Shown here piece after piece: positions 38,533 to 51,164 of a stretch of DNA of 64,000 nt (within the stretch, counting starts at the first letter, position 1; the number at the start of each line of letters is the position of its first letter). A model generated the notes under the pieces. It had not been told where the DNA came from, made no database searches, and saw nothing but the letters and a program-made list of their open reading frames with translations. A program made the translations under genes and the position numbers. Origin of the DNA: Octopus vulgaris (lineage: Eukaryota); assembly GCA_951406725.2 (NCBI GenBank), contig OX597836.1, forward strand, positions 22,630,001 through 22,694,000, written 5' to 3'.

Positions 38533-38568
38533 CTTTCTGTAGAAGAGCGTAGGCTCGAAACGTAAAAG
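38533..38568 (+). ncRNA. Minimal Penelope-type hammerhead motif (A6U variant)
   Basis: CUUU-CUGUAGA-A-GAGC-guag-GCUC-GAAA-CG-UA-AAAG. Confidence 0.65.
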
Positions 38569-38657
38569 ACTTTTTCTATTCCTGAGCGCTATACTAATAC
38601 ATTTGTTTGTTTGTACACCACCTGCCTTCGTCTTTTGTTTATTTTCGTAAACTTTCC

Positions 38658-38703
<46 letters not shown>

Positions 38704-38744
38704 GATAGGCTTCTTTGAGCTTCTGTCTACTACCCCTTGTCAGT

Positions 38745-38888
38745 AGAAGACTTCCGTGTTCCACTCGCAAGGCCTTGGTCAGCCTGAGGCTATAGCAGAA
38801 GACACTTGCCCTAGATGTTACACAGTGGGGCTCAGCCCAGAACCATGTGGTTGGGAAGCAAGCTTCTTACCACACAGCTACTCCTGCA
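38745..38888 (-). mobile_element. SINE family A, 5' part
   Basis: Reverse complement of the family A head. Confidence 0.8.
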
Positions 38889-38909
38889 CACATATATGTG
38901 TGTATATAC

Positions 38910-38984
<75 letters not shown>

Positions 38985-39385
38985 CATACATACATACATA
39001 TATATATATACATACACACATATATATGTGTGTGTATCTGTGTGTATATGTGTATTATAGACACAGACACAGACACACACACACACACACACACATACAT
39101 GCATTATATATAAGACAGGCTGGCTCTTATTGAAATTATTATTATTTCTGAAATAGGCATCGCATGATTAAAGTATTGACCAATTCTCATATTGCAACTG
39201 TTATGAAAAATATTAATTCTTCCAGTTCTGTTGCCAGCAAAGATTTAAGAGATTTTGATAATGAGGAATTCTTAGAATTTGTGGAAGTTTCATATTGATC
39301 CGGATAAATAGTTTCATCAAATTAAAATTTATTTATACACCTGTGTGCGTGTGTGTGTGCACGTGTATGTGTGTTTCTATATATG

Positions 39386-39441
<56 letters not shown>

Positions 39442-39544
39442 TATGCATAAATATATATATACATACCCTTACCAAAATTAGAATCCCAATGAAGAACAAT
39501 TATTAAAATATCAATGTATGTTATATTATTTATATATATATATC

Positions 39545-39940
39545 TTTTATTATTTACTTGTTTCAGCCATATGACTGTGACCATGCTGGGGCACCACCTT
39601 GAAGGGTTTTAGTCAAACAAATGGACCTTAAGCCTTTTTTTTAAAGCCTAGAGCTTATTTTATCCGTCTCTTTTGCCAAACTCTAAGTTACCAGGATGTA
39701 AACACACCAACACCAGTTGTCAATTGGTGATGGGGGACAAAGTAGACACAAAGACACATCCACACACACATATATATATACATACACAACAGGCTTTTTT
39801 CAGATTCCATCTACCAAAACCACTTACAAGTCTTTGTTTGTCTCAAAGTTGTAGTAGAAGTCACTTGACCAAGGTGTCACACAGTGGGATTGAACCCAAA
39901 ACCATGTGGTTGAGAACCAAGCTTCTTACCACACAGCCAT
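39545..39940 (-). mobile_element. SINE family A, older copy
   Basis: Tail and head motifs on minus. Confidence 0.8.
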
Positions 39941-39968
39941 GCTTGATATTGATATTCCTCTGTCTCCT

Positions 39969-40003
39969 GTTTCTGACGAAGAGCTTTGCTCAAAACGTAA
40001 AAC
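39969..40003 (+). ncRNA. Minimal Penelope-type hammerhead motif (G12A variant, probably inactive)
   Basis: GUUU-CUGACGA-A-GAGC-uuu-GCUC-AAAA-CG-UA-AAAC; downstream CCTGAGCG..CTAATAC shared with 38581. Confidence 0.68.
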
Positions 40004-40139
40004 CACTTTTCCTTCCTTCCCTGAGCGTCTGCTAATACTTTACATGTACCACGTCCTCATGCTGTTGGTTTTATTCTTGTGTTTTTCCTCATGTTTCTTG
40101 GATTAATTATATATATATATACATACATACACCATATTT

Positions 40140-40358
40140 ATTTCTTTATTACCAACATAGAAGGAACAAACAAGGATAGACAAAGAAATTAAGTCAATTA
40201 CATCAACCCCAGTGCATAACTGATACTTATTTCATTGATCCCAAAAGGATGAAAGGCTAAATCAACCTCAGTGGAGTTTGAACTCAGAACGTAACAGCAG
40301 ACGAAATATCGCTAAGCATTTCGCCTGGTGAGCTAATGGTTCTGCCAGCTCACGACCT
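40140..40358 (-). mobile_element. SINE family B inserted into the pogo TIR
   Basis: TSD ACCATATTT (40131-40139 / 40371-40379). Confidence 0.85.
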
Positions 40359-40369
40359 TCATATATATA

Positions 40370-42235
40370 TACCATATTTGCCATTGTATAATATGACTGG
40401 CTATACAAGACGACCCCAGGATTTCCATTTAAAAAGTGAGTTTTGAGCTCTACTTGTTGTATAAGATTACTCCAAGTTTTCATGGAAAATAGCTCAAGCA
40501 CTGAAAGGTGCAAGGTTTCATAGTTAAAAAGGTTGGGTTAGTTGTAGCTTCCTCAGAGACCCCTGAAGCCTCTGCTTTTCTTGTGTTTCAATAGCATTTT
40601 ATCTATGTTGCAATCAGTAAACTTTGTATGCAACAATTCTGCAATCTTGGTTGTTTAAAATTTATCCAGTTCTTTTCAGACAGTGACTAAATATTGTAAA
40701 TTGTCTACTATAACAAACATCAAACATACCTGGCTGGTGTAAACACGACTGTAGTAACATCACTTGGTTATTTTACCAGAACTAACATGGTGTCAATTAT
40801 ATCATAATAATACAATTTATTTGAAATAGATTTACAGATTTACATACAGTATGTATAATATTATATTGTAATATATTAGAAATGTCATTATAAAGTACAC
40901 TGCTAGTATTTTCTTTAATTTCTAAATTTTGTCTTGCTTTATGAGACTATTGATCTTGAAACAACTTATCCATTTTGACGCAGCTCATAGACCATGTCTG
41001 CAACGTGCTTCTCTAGAATCAACCAGAGTGCAGTGCTTCCTCTATTTGCACATTTTGTCCTGAGTACACTCCTTAATAAGTCTTCCTTTAAGTTCCAAAC
41101 TCTTAACATCTTCTCAGTTACAGAATATTGTCTTGCAGCAGCACAGCTGTTTTGGGATTTAGCATATGCTAGCACTTTCAACTTAAATTCAGCCTCGTAT
41201 TTCCTTCGTTTACCACTTGGAGCCATGAGGGGGTTTCAGTAGCTGGAAATTAATGTTCACCCAGTGAGAATATTGCTGCTTATGAAAGACTAACAACTTG
41301 AACATTTTCAAGAAACCCTATCTGTAAATGTTCAAAAATAACCGCTAACTGTAAGGTCTATTGTGATTGGTCTGACTGATACAAACTGACCAGTCACAGA
41401 AGATACTGGTGCATGCTGCTAATTTGCTGTAACAGGTAGGTGAGTTACCATAAACTACAATTGTCTTGAAAGCCCTCGGTTGGCTGAGTGCTGTATAAGA
41501 GAGTGCTCTAACAAGGCAGTGTAAGCAGAACGGACCCTGGGACGCAGTTGAACGGGCTGATTGTTTACATTTTCTGTTCATCAGCTTTAGCAAATGGCGA
41601 TTGGTATCTGTTTGCTAAGTTTGCTGTGCTGTTATTTTAATATAATCTTACTATTAATCCTGCTTCCCAAATATACGCGTAAGTATCAGTAGAAAATATT
41701 TGTAGAACTATAGGATCTATGAGAGTATTTTGCGGTGTTCTCCATCGATATGTGCAAGTATCAATAGAAACTACCACCTGTGTCATCTCTTGTGAAAGGT
41801 AGGAGAGTCCAGTTTGCTGGACATTGTTGTAGAGCTGAAAACGAGGCAATTTCTACTCTTCTCCTCTGGAAGCCATCCGCTCACAATACCAGAGAGCGCA
41901 CACTCTCCTACCCTGATGTAATCTCCAGGGATACAGGTATCCAGCAACAGGACCTCCGTAATGCTATGATTGACCATGAAGTCTGGCGTAGCATGGTAAA
42001 TTCCATTGTCTCGACCACAGTCGAACAATGATGATGATGATCAATAGAAAATACTGCACTGTAGAACCAGAGAATCTATGTGAGTGCTTGACACTGTTCT
42101 CCGTTGACATTGGTACTACTCTGAACCACAGGAATTTCAGGTTCAGATTTTATACTGAGCATATAAGATGACTCCTAGATTAGGGGTGAATTACTTAGAG
42201 TTCAGATTCCATCCTGTACACTGGTATAAACAGTA
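40370..42235 (-). mobile_element. Internally deleted pogo-like transposon
   Basis: Degenerate termini TACCATATTTGCC..TATAA / TACACTGGTATAAACAGTA with TAAGA(C/T)GAC subterminal motifs; ORF 40966-41226 MAPSGKRRKYEAEFKLKV..AAARQYSVTEK resembles the Brinker-type HTH of pogo transposases; no DDD domain seen. Confidence 0.78.
41771..42040 (+). mobile_element. RTE-type LINE 3' end (second family) inserted in pogo
   Basis: LPPVSSLVKGRRVQFAGHC.R..LLLWKP..LRNAM.D...WR; TSD ATCAATAGAAA; (GAT)n tail. Confidence 0.88.
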
Positions 42236-42236
42236 T

Positions 42237-42283
<47 letters not shown>

Positions 42284-42384
42284 AACACTCACTCAATAAA
42301 ACCACAATAAAGTACGAAATAAAGAACTCCCTAAAAAAGTTATATATGTGTGTGTGTCTTTATGTTTGTGTTTATCCCCATGAT

Positions 42385-42780
42385 TCATCATCATCATCAT
42401 CATCATCATCATCGTTTAACGTCCGCTTTCCATGGGTTGGACGGTTCAACTGGGGTCTGGGAAGCCAGAAGGCTGCACCAGGCCCAGTCTGATCCAGCAG
42501 TGTTTCTACGGCTGGATGCCCTTCCTAACGCCAACCACTCCGTGAGTGTAGTGGGTGCTTTATTACGTGCCAGATGAGGCTGGCAAACGGCCACGATCGG
42601 ATGGTGGTTTTTACGTGCCACCGGCACAGGTGCCAGACGAGGCTGGCAAACGGCCACAATCGGATGGTGCTTTTTACGTGCCACCGGCACAGGTGCCAGA
42701 CGAGGCTGGCAAACAGCCACGACCGGATGGTGGTTTTTACGTGCCACCAGCACAGGTGCCATCTATGCATGATGGCACCT
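42385..42780 (-). mobile_element. RTE-type 3' UTR with three 63 bp tandem units (42567-42761)
   Basis: GTGCCAGA(T/C)GAGGCTGGCAAAC at 42567, 42630, 42693. Confidence 0.85.
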
Positions 42781-43207
42781 TTAGGACCCCTGACCTGGGA
42801 TGACCCATCAAACAAGAGCATATAGGACTAGCTCATGGCTGGAAGGCATTTGCTCATAGGGCAGCTTGATCAGGATTTACCTGGGGGTCAAACAACATCA
42901 TCATTGCCACAACACCTATATTTAGCACCGCTACCACCACCACTACTACTGCAACCATGACCATCACAGGTGTCAGCACTACCACCAGCACCATCACCAT
43001 CACAACTACTACCGTCGACACTGTTATCACCACTATCTACATGACTTGAACCACAACACCAACATGCTGTCACCACCACCGGCACTACCACACAGCTGTC
43101 TCCAGCACCAACAGTTTTACCACCACCAACACCACCACCATCACTACCACTGCCACCACCGCCACCACCGCCGCCATCACCACCACCACCAGTGGCAGTA
43201 CTACTAT

Positions 43208-43251
<44 letters not shown>

Positions 43252-43619
43252 TCATTACAACAACACAGTAGCTAATGTTGAGTGCTTATAAATAACCTTT
43301 ACAGTTATTTCAATTATTTTAAAAATATTTAGACATCTATCTCTCTCATTCACTCTCTCTCTCACCCCTCTCTCTCTGATTCTCTTGCTTTTAATCTCTC
43401 CCTCTCTCTCTCTCCCTCTCAGTGTTTACTTCACACACTCTCAAGTTTTCTTATATTTCTTATCTCCTCCCTCCCCCCTCCAATCAATCTATCCTTACTC
43501 TTTGTTACTCTACCATCCACCACCACCACCACCACCACCACCACTACCACAACCACCACCACCATCACCACCACCAACACCACCACCACCACCACAACCG
43601 CTTCTACACTCTACCTCTC

Positions 43620-43664
43620 TATCTCTTCCTCTCTATCAATTTCTGCATCATCTGCATCAAACAT

Positions 43665-43709
<45 letters not shown>

Positions 43710-43975
43710 TGTGCGTGTGTCAGTGTGCATCTATGTTTCTATGTATGCATAGATGTAGATAGATAAATGGATAGGATGAATACACAAGTAGAGAGACAGA
43801 AATAAGTGCACACATGCATATATAATTATGCATATGCATATATATACACACACACACACACACAAACGTATGTTCATTATGCATGTGTGTGTGAATATAT
43901 ATATATATGCACGCTGTGTATATGTATGTATATAGGGGATTATAATACAAATATACAAAATGTAAACTGCATATT

Positions 43976-44017
<42 letters not shown>

Positions 44018-44098
44018 TACACACATATATACATATATACACATGTATATAAATATATATACACTAAGTATGTATGTGTGCATATATGTATATCTATA

Positions 44099-44141
<43 letters not shown>

Positions 44142-45100
44142 GTTGAGAAAGAAACTTGTCTGAGGGAATGTGTCCGTTTGTGTATGCGTGCATGCATCTG
44201 TGTGTGTGTGTGTGTGTGTGTGTCAGTCAGGAGATGTGTTTATCACAGATGGTAGATGATACTGACATTTCAGTAATACTTCCAACAACAAAGAACCCAA
44301 TTATATGGTCTTTAAGTAGTTCTACATTGACATCATCTCAGTTGCTACCATTTCTTCACAGCCTCCACATCCTCCTCCTCTTCCTCCTCCTCCTCCCCAC
44401 CCCCTCTCTCATCTTCTTACAACGTCCATTGTTCATTGTTCTGTGGCAATCTTTATATTATAGACTGAAAGGCATATACACAAATATACACAAGTATATA
44501 TATTTATATACACACACACACACATTCACATACTCCGACACACATTCACAAGCATACATAAGTCCTTATATACACACACAGACTCACAGACACAAGCATA
44601 CATATATGTGTGTATGTGAGTGTGCATGTTTGTGTATATATAGGTGTGTGTGTATATATATATATATATAGATAGATAGATATATACACATAAACATATA
44701 TATAAATATTTATATATATATATGTATATATATGTATATATATGTGTATATATTTGTACATATCTATGTTATATATGTAATGTATATATGTTATGTGTAT
44801 TATATATATGTGTGTATGTGTTTGTGTGTATGCATGTATGTGTATATATGTATAGATATATGTGTATATGTGTGTGTGTGTAAATATATATGTTTATGAT
44901 TGTGTGTGCATATGTGTCAGAATATATGTACGTTTGTGTGCACATGTATATGTGTGTGTATGTGTGTAAATATATATGTATATGATTGTATGTGCATATG
45001 TGTCAGAACATATGTGCGTTTGTCTGCACATGTATGTGTGTGTGTGAATGTGTACACATATATGTATGCTTGTCCATATACATGTGTGCATGCATATACA
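43620..45100. repeat. Compound (TG)n/(TA)n/(CA)n microsatellite region
   Basis: Direct inspection. Confidence 0.85.
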
Positions 45101-45375
45101 TGTGGCCGAAATCAAAGATAGGAATATAACTACTTAACAATTGTATTCCAGTAAGTCACAGAATACCATGTTGCCCAGATTGGAACAGTGGCTAAAAATG
45201 ACCTGGTCTTGCTTTGCAGTGGAAATGTCTTTGGAAGTGGCTTTGGTTTAATAAATAAAACATTCTTGGATTCCTTTTGGAAGCTTATTATTCATGTAAG
45301 AAATTAAATTGTTTTCCAATGTGTTTGAAGCAGTTTGATGTTTGATGCATCACTGTGCTATAGATATATAGCCAA

Positions 45376-46085
45376 TATTGGTTTCAAATTTTGGCACAAG
45401 GTTAGCAGTTTGTGGGGAGGGGCCAAGTCAATTACATCAACCCCAGTGCTCAACTGGAACTTATTTTATCGACCCTGAAAGGATGAAAGGCAAAGTTGAC
45501 CTTGGCAGGATTTGAACTCAGAATATAAAGACAGAGGAAATGCCACTAAGCATTTGGCCTGGCATGTTAACAATTCTGCCAGCTCACCACTTATATATAC
45601 CCAATATTTATTTCTTTATTGCCCACAAGGGGCAAAACAAAAAGGGGACAAACAAGGACAGACAAATGGATTAAGTCGATTACATCAACCCCATTGTGTA
45701 ACTGGTCCTTATTTATTCAACCCCAAAAGGGTAAAAGGCAAAGTCGACCTTAGCAGAATTTGAACTCAGAACATAAAGACAGAGGAAATGCCACGTGCAT
45801 TTAGCCTAGCATGTTAATGATTCTGCCAGCCCGCCGCCTATATTTACCCAATATTTATTTCTTTATTGCCCACAAGGGGCTAAACAAAGAGGGGACAAAC
45901 AAAGACAAATAGATTAAGTCGATTACATCGATCCCAGTACTCAACTGGAACTTATTTAATCGACCCCAAAAAGATGAAAGGCAAAGTCGACCTCGGCGGA
46001 ATTTGAACTCAGAACGTAGTGACAGACAAAATACTGCAAAGCATTTTTCCCGGCATGCAAACGATTCTGCCAGCTCACCGCCTTA
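45376..46085 (-). mobile_element. Three head-to-tail SINE B copies
   Basis: About 45376-45590, 45610-45840 and 45856-46085, each bounded by CCAATAT. Confidence 0.9.
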
Positions 46086-46137
46086 ACCCAATATATATAA
46101 CTTAATATATACCCAATATTAATAGCATGTTTAAAGT

Positions 46138-46345
46138 TGGCAAGCTGGCAGAATTGTTAGCATGCCAGTAAAAAAATTCTTAGTGGCATTTTGTCAATCT
46201 TTATGTTCTAAGTTCAAATTCCACAGAGGTTGATTTTGCCTTTTATGCTTTCAGGGTTGACAAGTATCAGTTGAGTACTGGAGTTCATGCAATCAAATTG
46301 CCCCCTCCCCCAAAATTTCAGGCCTAGTGTCAAAATTTCAAACCA
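46138..46345 (+). mobile_element. SINE family B, opposite orientation
   Basis: GGCAAGCTGGCAGAATTGTTAGC head to AAAATTTCAAACC tail. Confidence 0.8.
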
Positions 46346-46374
46346 ATATTTTGTAATTTGATTGTGTAAACAGC

Positions 46375-46760
46375 AGGTGCAAGTGTGGTTGTGTGGTTTA
46401 AAAGCTTGCTTTCCAGCCATGTGGCCATGGGTTCAGTCTCACTGTGTGGCACCTCAGGCAAGTGTCTTCTACTATGGCCCCAGGCCAACCAAAGTTTTGT
46501 GAGCAGATTTGGCAGATGAAAACTGAAAGAAATCCATTGTATATACAAATGTGTGTGTGTGTGCGTGTGTGTATGTGTGTTTGTCGCCACCCCCACCACC
46601 ACTTAACAGCCAATGTTAGTTTGTTTATGTTCCTGAGATTTAGAAGCTCAGCAGAGGAGACTGATAGCCTTCAAAAAATTAATAATGGGGTCTGCTTGTT
46701 TGACTAAACCCTTAAAAGTAGAACCCCAGGATGCAGTCCAATGACTCAAGTAAAAGAAAA
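46375..46760 (+). mobile_element. SINE family A, older copy
   Basis: Head and tail motifs. Confidence 0.75.
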
Positions 46761-46774
46761 ATATATATAACTGA

Positions 46775-47095
46775 CATACAAAGTGAATTTCAGATGCTTT
46801 GAAACTTTTCTAGGAGAGACATTTATTAATTTCAAACAAGTACAAAATTCTAATTTCTTTCTAAGTAGAATCCTCTGACTTCAATGCAGTTGTAGGGCTC
46901 CAGTCACTTCATGAAGTCCTCACTGGAGTCCTTGTAAAGATCTTTGTCACAGCCTCCTTCAGCTCGAGGAACATCCAAAATTCACAAGGAGCAAGGTCTG
47001 GACTGTAAGGAGGGTGAGGGATGGCTTTGATGCCCATCTCTGTTAAATAGTTGGTTACCAGGATGGAATTGTGGACTTCTGCATTGTGGACAGGT
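46775..47095 (-). mobile_element. mariner 3' fragment
   Basis: HNAEVHNSILVTNYLTEMGIKAIPHPPYSPDLAPCEFW. Confidence 0.8.
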
Positions 47096-47149
47096 GCCAC
47101 CAACCTGAGTGGAAAAGCTCTGGCTCTTTTGGAAGAGTGCCACAACCAG

Positions 47150-49565
47150 TGATAAAACTTATCAATAGCTTGGATAGGCTATAAAAAAAACTTATAAACT
47201 ATCACCTGTTGTTAGTGTGATATCATGGAAAACAACACTGATTTCAGACAATGCAAAGAATTCTCTGAATGCAGAAGATGTTGAAATCTCATGTTGTATT
47301 TTTCAGGGTCATTCTACCACTCTTCTTATGTCTAGCTTTGCTACTTCTTACTCAATGAAACACAGTATGAGTATAAAATTTATGAGAAAACTACAGGTCA
47401 TTTCCTTTTATATCTTTGGTTTAAAGTTCTTAGCAAAAAATGACAAGCAATCACAAGGCTTGCTATCAGTTGTAAAACAGTTTAATGATGACATCAGAAT
47501 GGAATTGGGCCTTCATAAATGCACAAAAGCTATCTTTTAGAGGCAAACTGTCAAGAACATCCAACATTGAACTTGATCAACAAACTGCTATAAAGGTGTT
47601 AGCGCCCAATGAAGGTTATAAGTACTTGGGGGTATATGAAGGTGATGGAATTAACCACTCAACAATGAGGGGAAATATTAGAATTGAATGCTTTCATAGG
47701 GTGAGGACAATACTCATGAGAAAGCTAATTGCAAGAAACAGGATAGAAACAATTAATACTTTAACCATAGCAATCATAACTTATAGATTCACTATAATTA
47801 ACTGGTCGAGTACTGAAATCTGTAAGTTTGGTAAAAAAAATTCAGAAATCATTGACAATGAGTAGAACGCACCTCTCCAGAGCAGATATAGAATGACTCT
47901 TTTTACCAAGAAAAGAAGGAGGCTGTGGACTTCTATAACTTGAATTGTCACAGAAAAATTGACAGGATTGGTCTAGACTCTCATCTGAAAATCTCTGAGT
48001 AGTGGATACTAAAATTTGTTTTAAACCACAAAGACATTCAAAAAAAAAAAGTGGCTGTGTGGTAAGTAGCTTGCTAACCAACCACATGGTTCCGGGTTCA
48101 GTCCCACTGCGTGGCATCTTGGGCAAGTGTCTTCTGCTATAGCCCCAGGCCGACCAATGCCTTGTGAGTGGATTTGGTAGACGGAAACTGAAAGAAGCCT
48201 GTCGTATATATATATATGTGTGTGTTTGTGTGTCTGTGTTTGTCCCCCTAGCATTGCTTGACAACCGATGCTGGTGTGTTTACGTCCCCGTCACTTAGCG
48301 GTTCGGCAAAAGAGACCGATAGAATAAGTACTGGGCTTACAAAGAATAAGTCCCGGGGTCGATTTGCTCGACTAAAGGCGGTGCTCCAGCATGGCCGCAG
48401 TCAAATGACTGAAACAAGTAAAAGAGTAAAAGAGTAAAAGAGAGTAATAACAAAAGAAGCAAGAAAATATTTTAAAGAATTCCAAATACAAGAAGTCCCA
48501 GAATTAGATTAACTAAGAATAGGCACAGATAAAGCTAAACACATGAAAACCATTACTGAAAATGCTGCCTAAAGTAATCTTATCAGCAAATAGCAGGAAA
48601 TACCATTTCATGGTAAAATAACCAGAAAGAGGCTAACAATGCTGATATTGACAAAACTCCTAGCCATCAGTGGTTAGTGTTCTCTGCCAGAAAATCAGAG
48701 GCAAAGGTTTATCATAGCAGCCCAGGATCAATGTCTACCTATAAGAAGCTATCAGGCTAACATCTTAAAGAATAGCAGCCGCCAAATATGTTCAGTGTGT
48801 AAAAATCAGCCTAAAACTGTCAATCACGTTGTCTCCATGTGTAGCTTTTCTTACACACTCAAATTATCTCAACAGGTATGGGAGAGATGCAATAATTTGC
48901 AAGGACCAGGACCTTCCCCATCATAGAAACTGGTGGGAATACAAACCACCTCCAGTGCTTGAAAAAGATCATATTTCATCCTATGGAACTGTTCTGTTCA
49001 AACTGACAGAAAGATAGACACAAATAGACCAGGTATTATATTGAAGGACTTCAGATGAAAATACTGCCTGTTCAACAATATGACAGTTCCACCTGATATA
49101 AACATATCTGTGAAGACCTATCAAAAGTTGAGCAAGTCCAAAGATCTTGAAATAGAAAATGACAAAACGTGAAAATTCAAGACCAGAACAACATCCACAG
49201 TTGTAGGTGCCCTAGGAATAGTAACAAAAGGGGCTGATTATTATCTATCTCAAATCCCAGGGAATCCAAAAATGGAAGAAATTCAGAAAATAGTACTCGT
49301 GGAACTGCTTATATTCTACATAAAGTATTGTCTACAGTACTCCAAAACAATCTTTTCCCATATATTATCAAAAGTATGTTTTCTAAAATAATATCTACAA
49401 ACCCAGTGTACACAAAACAAAAAAAAACTCACCAAACAACATTTTTCTGCCAAAACGTGGCAGTTATTACTCATCCTAGCCACAATGTTCACTTGAACTT
49501 ATGATTTGCTGTCTCTTGAGGTCTCTGGGTAAGACTTGAACTCAGCTCATACAAACACAAAGCAA
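47150..49565 (+). mobile_element. 5'-truncated R4/Dong-like LINE (RT C-terminal half, CCHC knuckle, REL endonuclease)
   Basis: IFQG, DDIRMELGL.KC, YKYLGV, PRKEGG.GL, IAAQDQ, CSVC..TVNHVVS.C, RP.II..KLSK.KDLEIE, IQKIVL. Confidence 0.88.
48051..48444 (+). mobile_element. Young SINE family A inserted in the R4/Dong LINE
   Basis: Near-identical to 10030-10437 and 57884-58285. Confidence 0.93.
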
Positions 49566-49569
49566 AATC

Positions 49570-49897
49570 CCAGCGGGTGACAACGTTTCTCTCAAAGAAA
49601 TGGAGAAACTTTACGAAGTGTTGGAAATAGAGGTAATTCAAATGTGGAGTCTAAAGACAGAAACAATTCCTATCATAGTAGACACATTAGGCATGATAAA
49701 AAAAATATTCAGACAAATACATAACAAAAACACCAGAACTTACAAATATATATAACATACAGAAAATTGCACTACTGGGAACTGCACACATTCAATATAG
49801 TAACCATAAGAGCATCACAGCAAACCACAGCACAAACCCAAGGCACACAGAGCTGTGCTTGGTGGTGAAGTGAAAGCATGCTATAAAAATAAAACTA

Positions 49898-49950
<53 letters not shown>
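49570..49950 (+). mobile_element. Second R4/Dong-like LINE 3' end with (AAT)n tail
   Basis: PAGDNVSLKEMEKL..LEIEV..MWSLKTETIPIIV..IQKIALLGTAHI; ends in (AAT)n. Confidence 0.85.
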
Positions 49951-49951
<1 letters not shown>

Positions 49952-50166
49952 CCTTTCTACTAAAGGCACAAGGCCTGAAACTTTGTGGGGATGAGATTTG
50001 TCTAATACATCGACCCCAGTGTTTAACTGGTACTTATTTTATCGGTCTCGATAGGATGAAAGGCAAAGTTGACCTCGGCAGAATTTGAACACAGAATATA
50101 AAGAAAGGCAAAATACTGCCAAGCATTTTGCCTGCCGTGCTAACAATTCCACCAGCTCACTGCCTT
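49951..50166 (-). mobile_element. SINE family B within (AAT)n
   Basis: Family B core flanked by (AAT)n. Confidence 0.85.
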
Positions 50167-50197
50167 AATAATAATAACAACAACAATAATAATAATG

Positions 50198-50249
<52 letters not shown>

Positions 50250-51104
50250 CAATAATAATAATAACAATTTCTCACCAGTGGCACATATCAATGCATTTGT
50301 AAGGAGAACTAAAAATCAATAAAATCAATTCCAGTATTTCATTAGTATTTTGTATTTTGCCCCCACCCTAATCCTTTTCCTCCACCCACAACAACAAAAA
50401 CAAAAATCATTCAAGCAAGATTTTATAATTTCTCAGATTTACTCAAACTCACTAATTAGTTGTGGGGATGGGGTTTAATTAATATAACTGGACACTTATT
50501 AAAATAAAATGCAATTTAGCTCAGCTCATAAGTGTGAAATTAGTTTTGGCATTTGTGGTAGTTTGATAATTATTAAAATTCTTCTTGCAATCATTTTTTG
50601 CAGCTGGAAAGCGGACATTAAAAAGTGATGATGATGATGATGTGTCATGCTTGATGCAGAGGCATCCCTAAATTGCAAATGTGTTGCTTTCCTGAAAACT
50701 CTTGTCGTAACATAGAACTGCATTTACGTTGGACACTAAACTCTGCTTGCGAAGACCTGTTGAGGCAAGTGAAATCAAAATCAAATTCGATGACTGGCAT
50801 CCATGCTAGCAGGGTACAAAGAGCACCATACGAGTGTAATCGTTGACAGAGCAGCTAACCGGCTTCCGTGCCAGTGGCACATAAAAGGCACCATTCGAGT
50901 GTGATCGTTACCTGCGTCGCCTTACTGGTTATTGACGATTTAAGTCGATTTTTGGCATATTTGGCATATTTGGCATTAGAATTTTTTTTCTTTTGTCCTT
51001 GTTTATAAGTTGTTTATAAATTTAACCTTTAAAAGTATTTTTTAATATGCTGGCCATTGATATAATTTTTTTCGAAAAATTTTATCCTATATTAGATGTA
51101 AATT

Positions 51105-51164
<60 letters not shown>

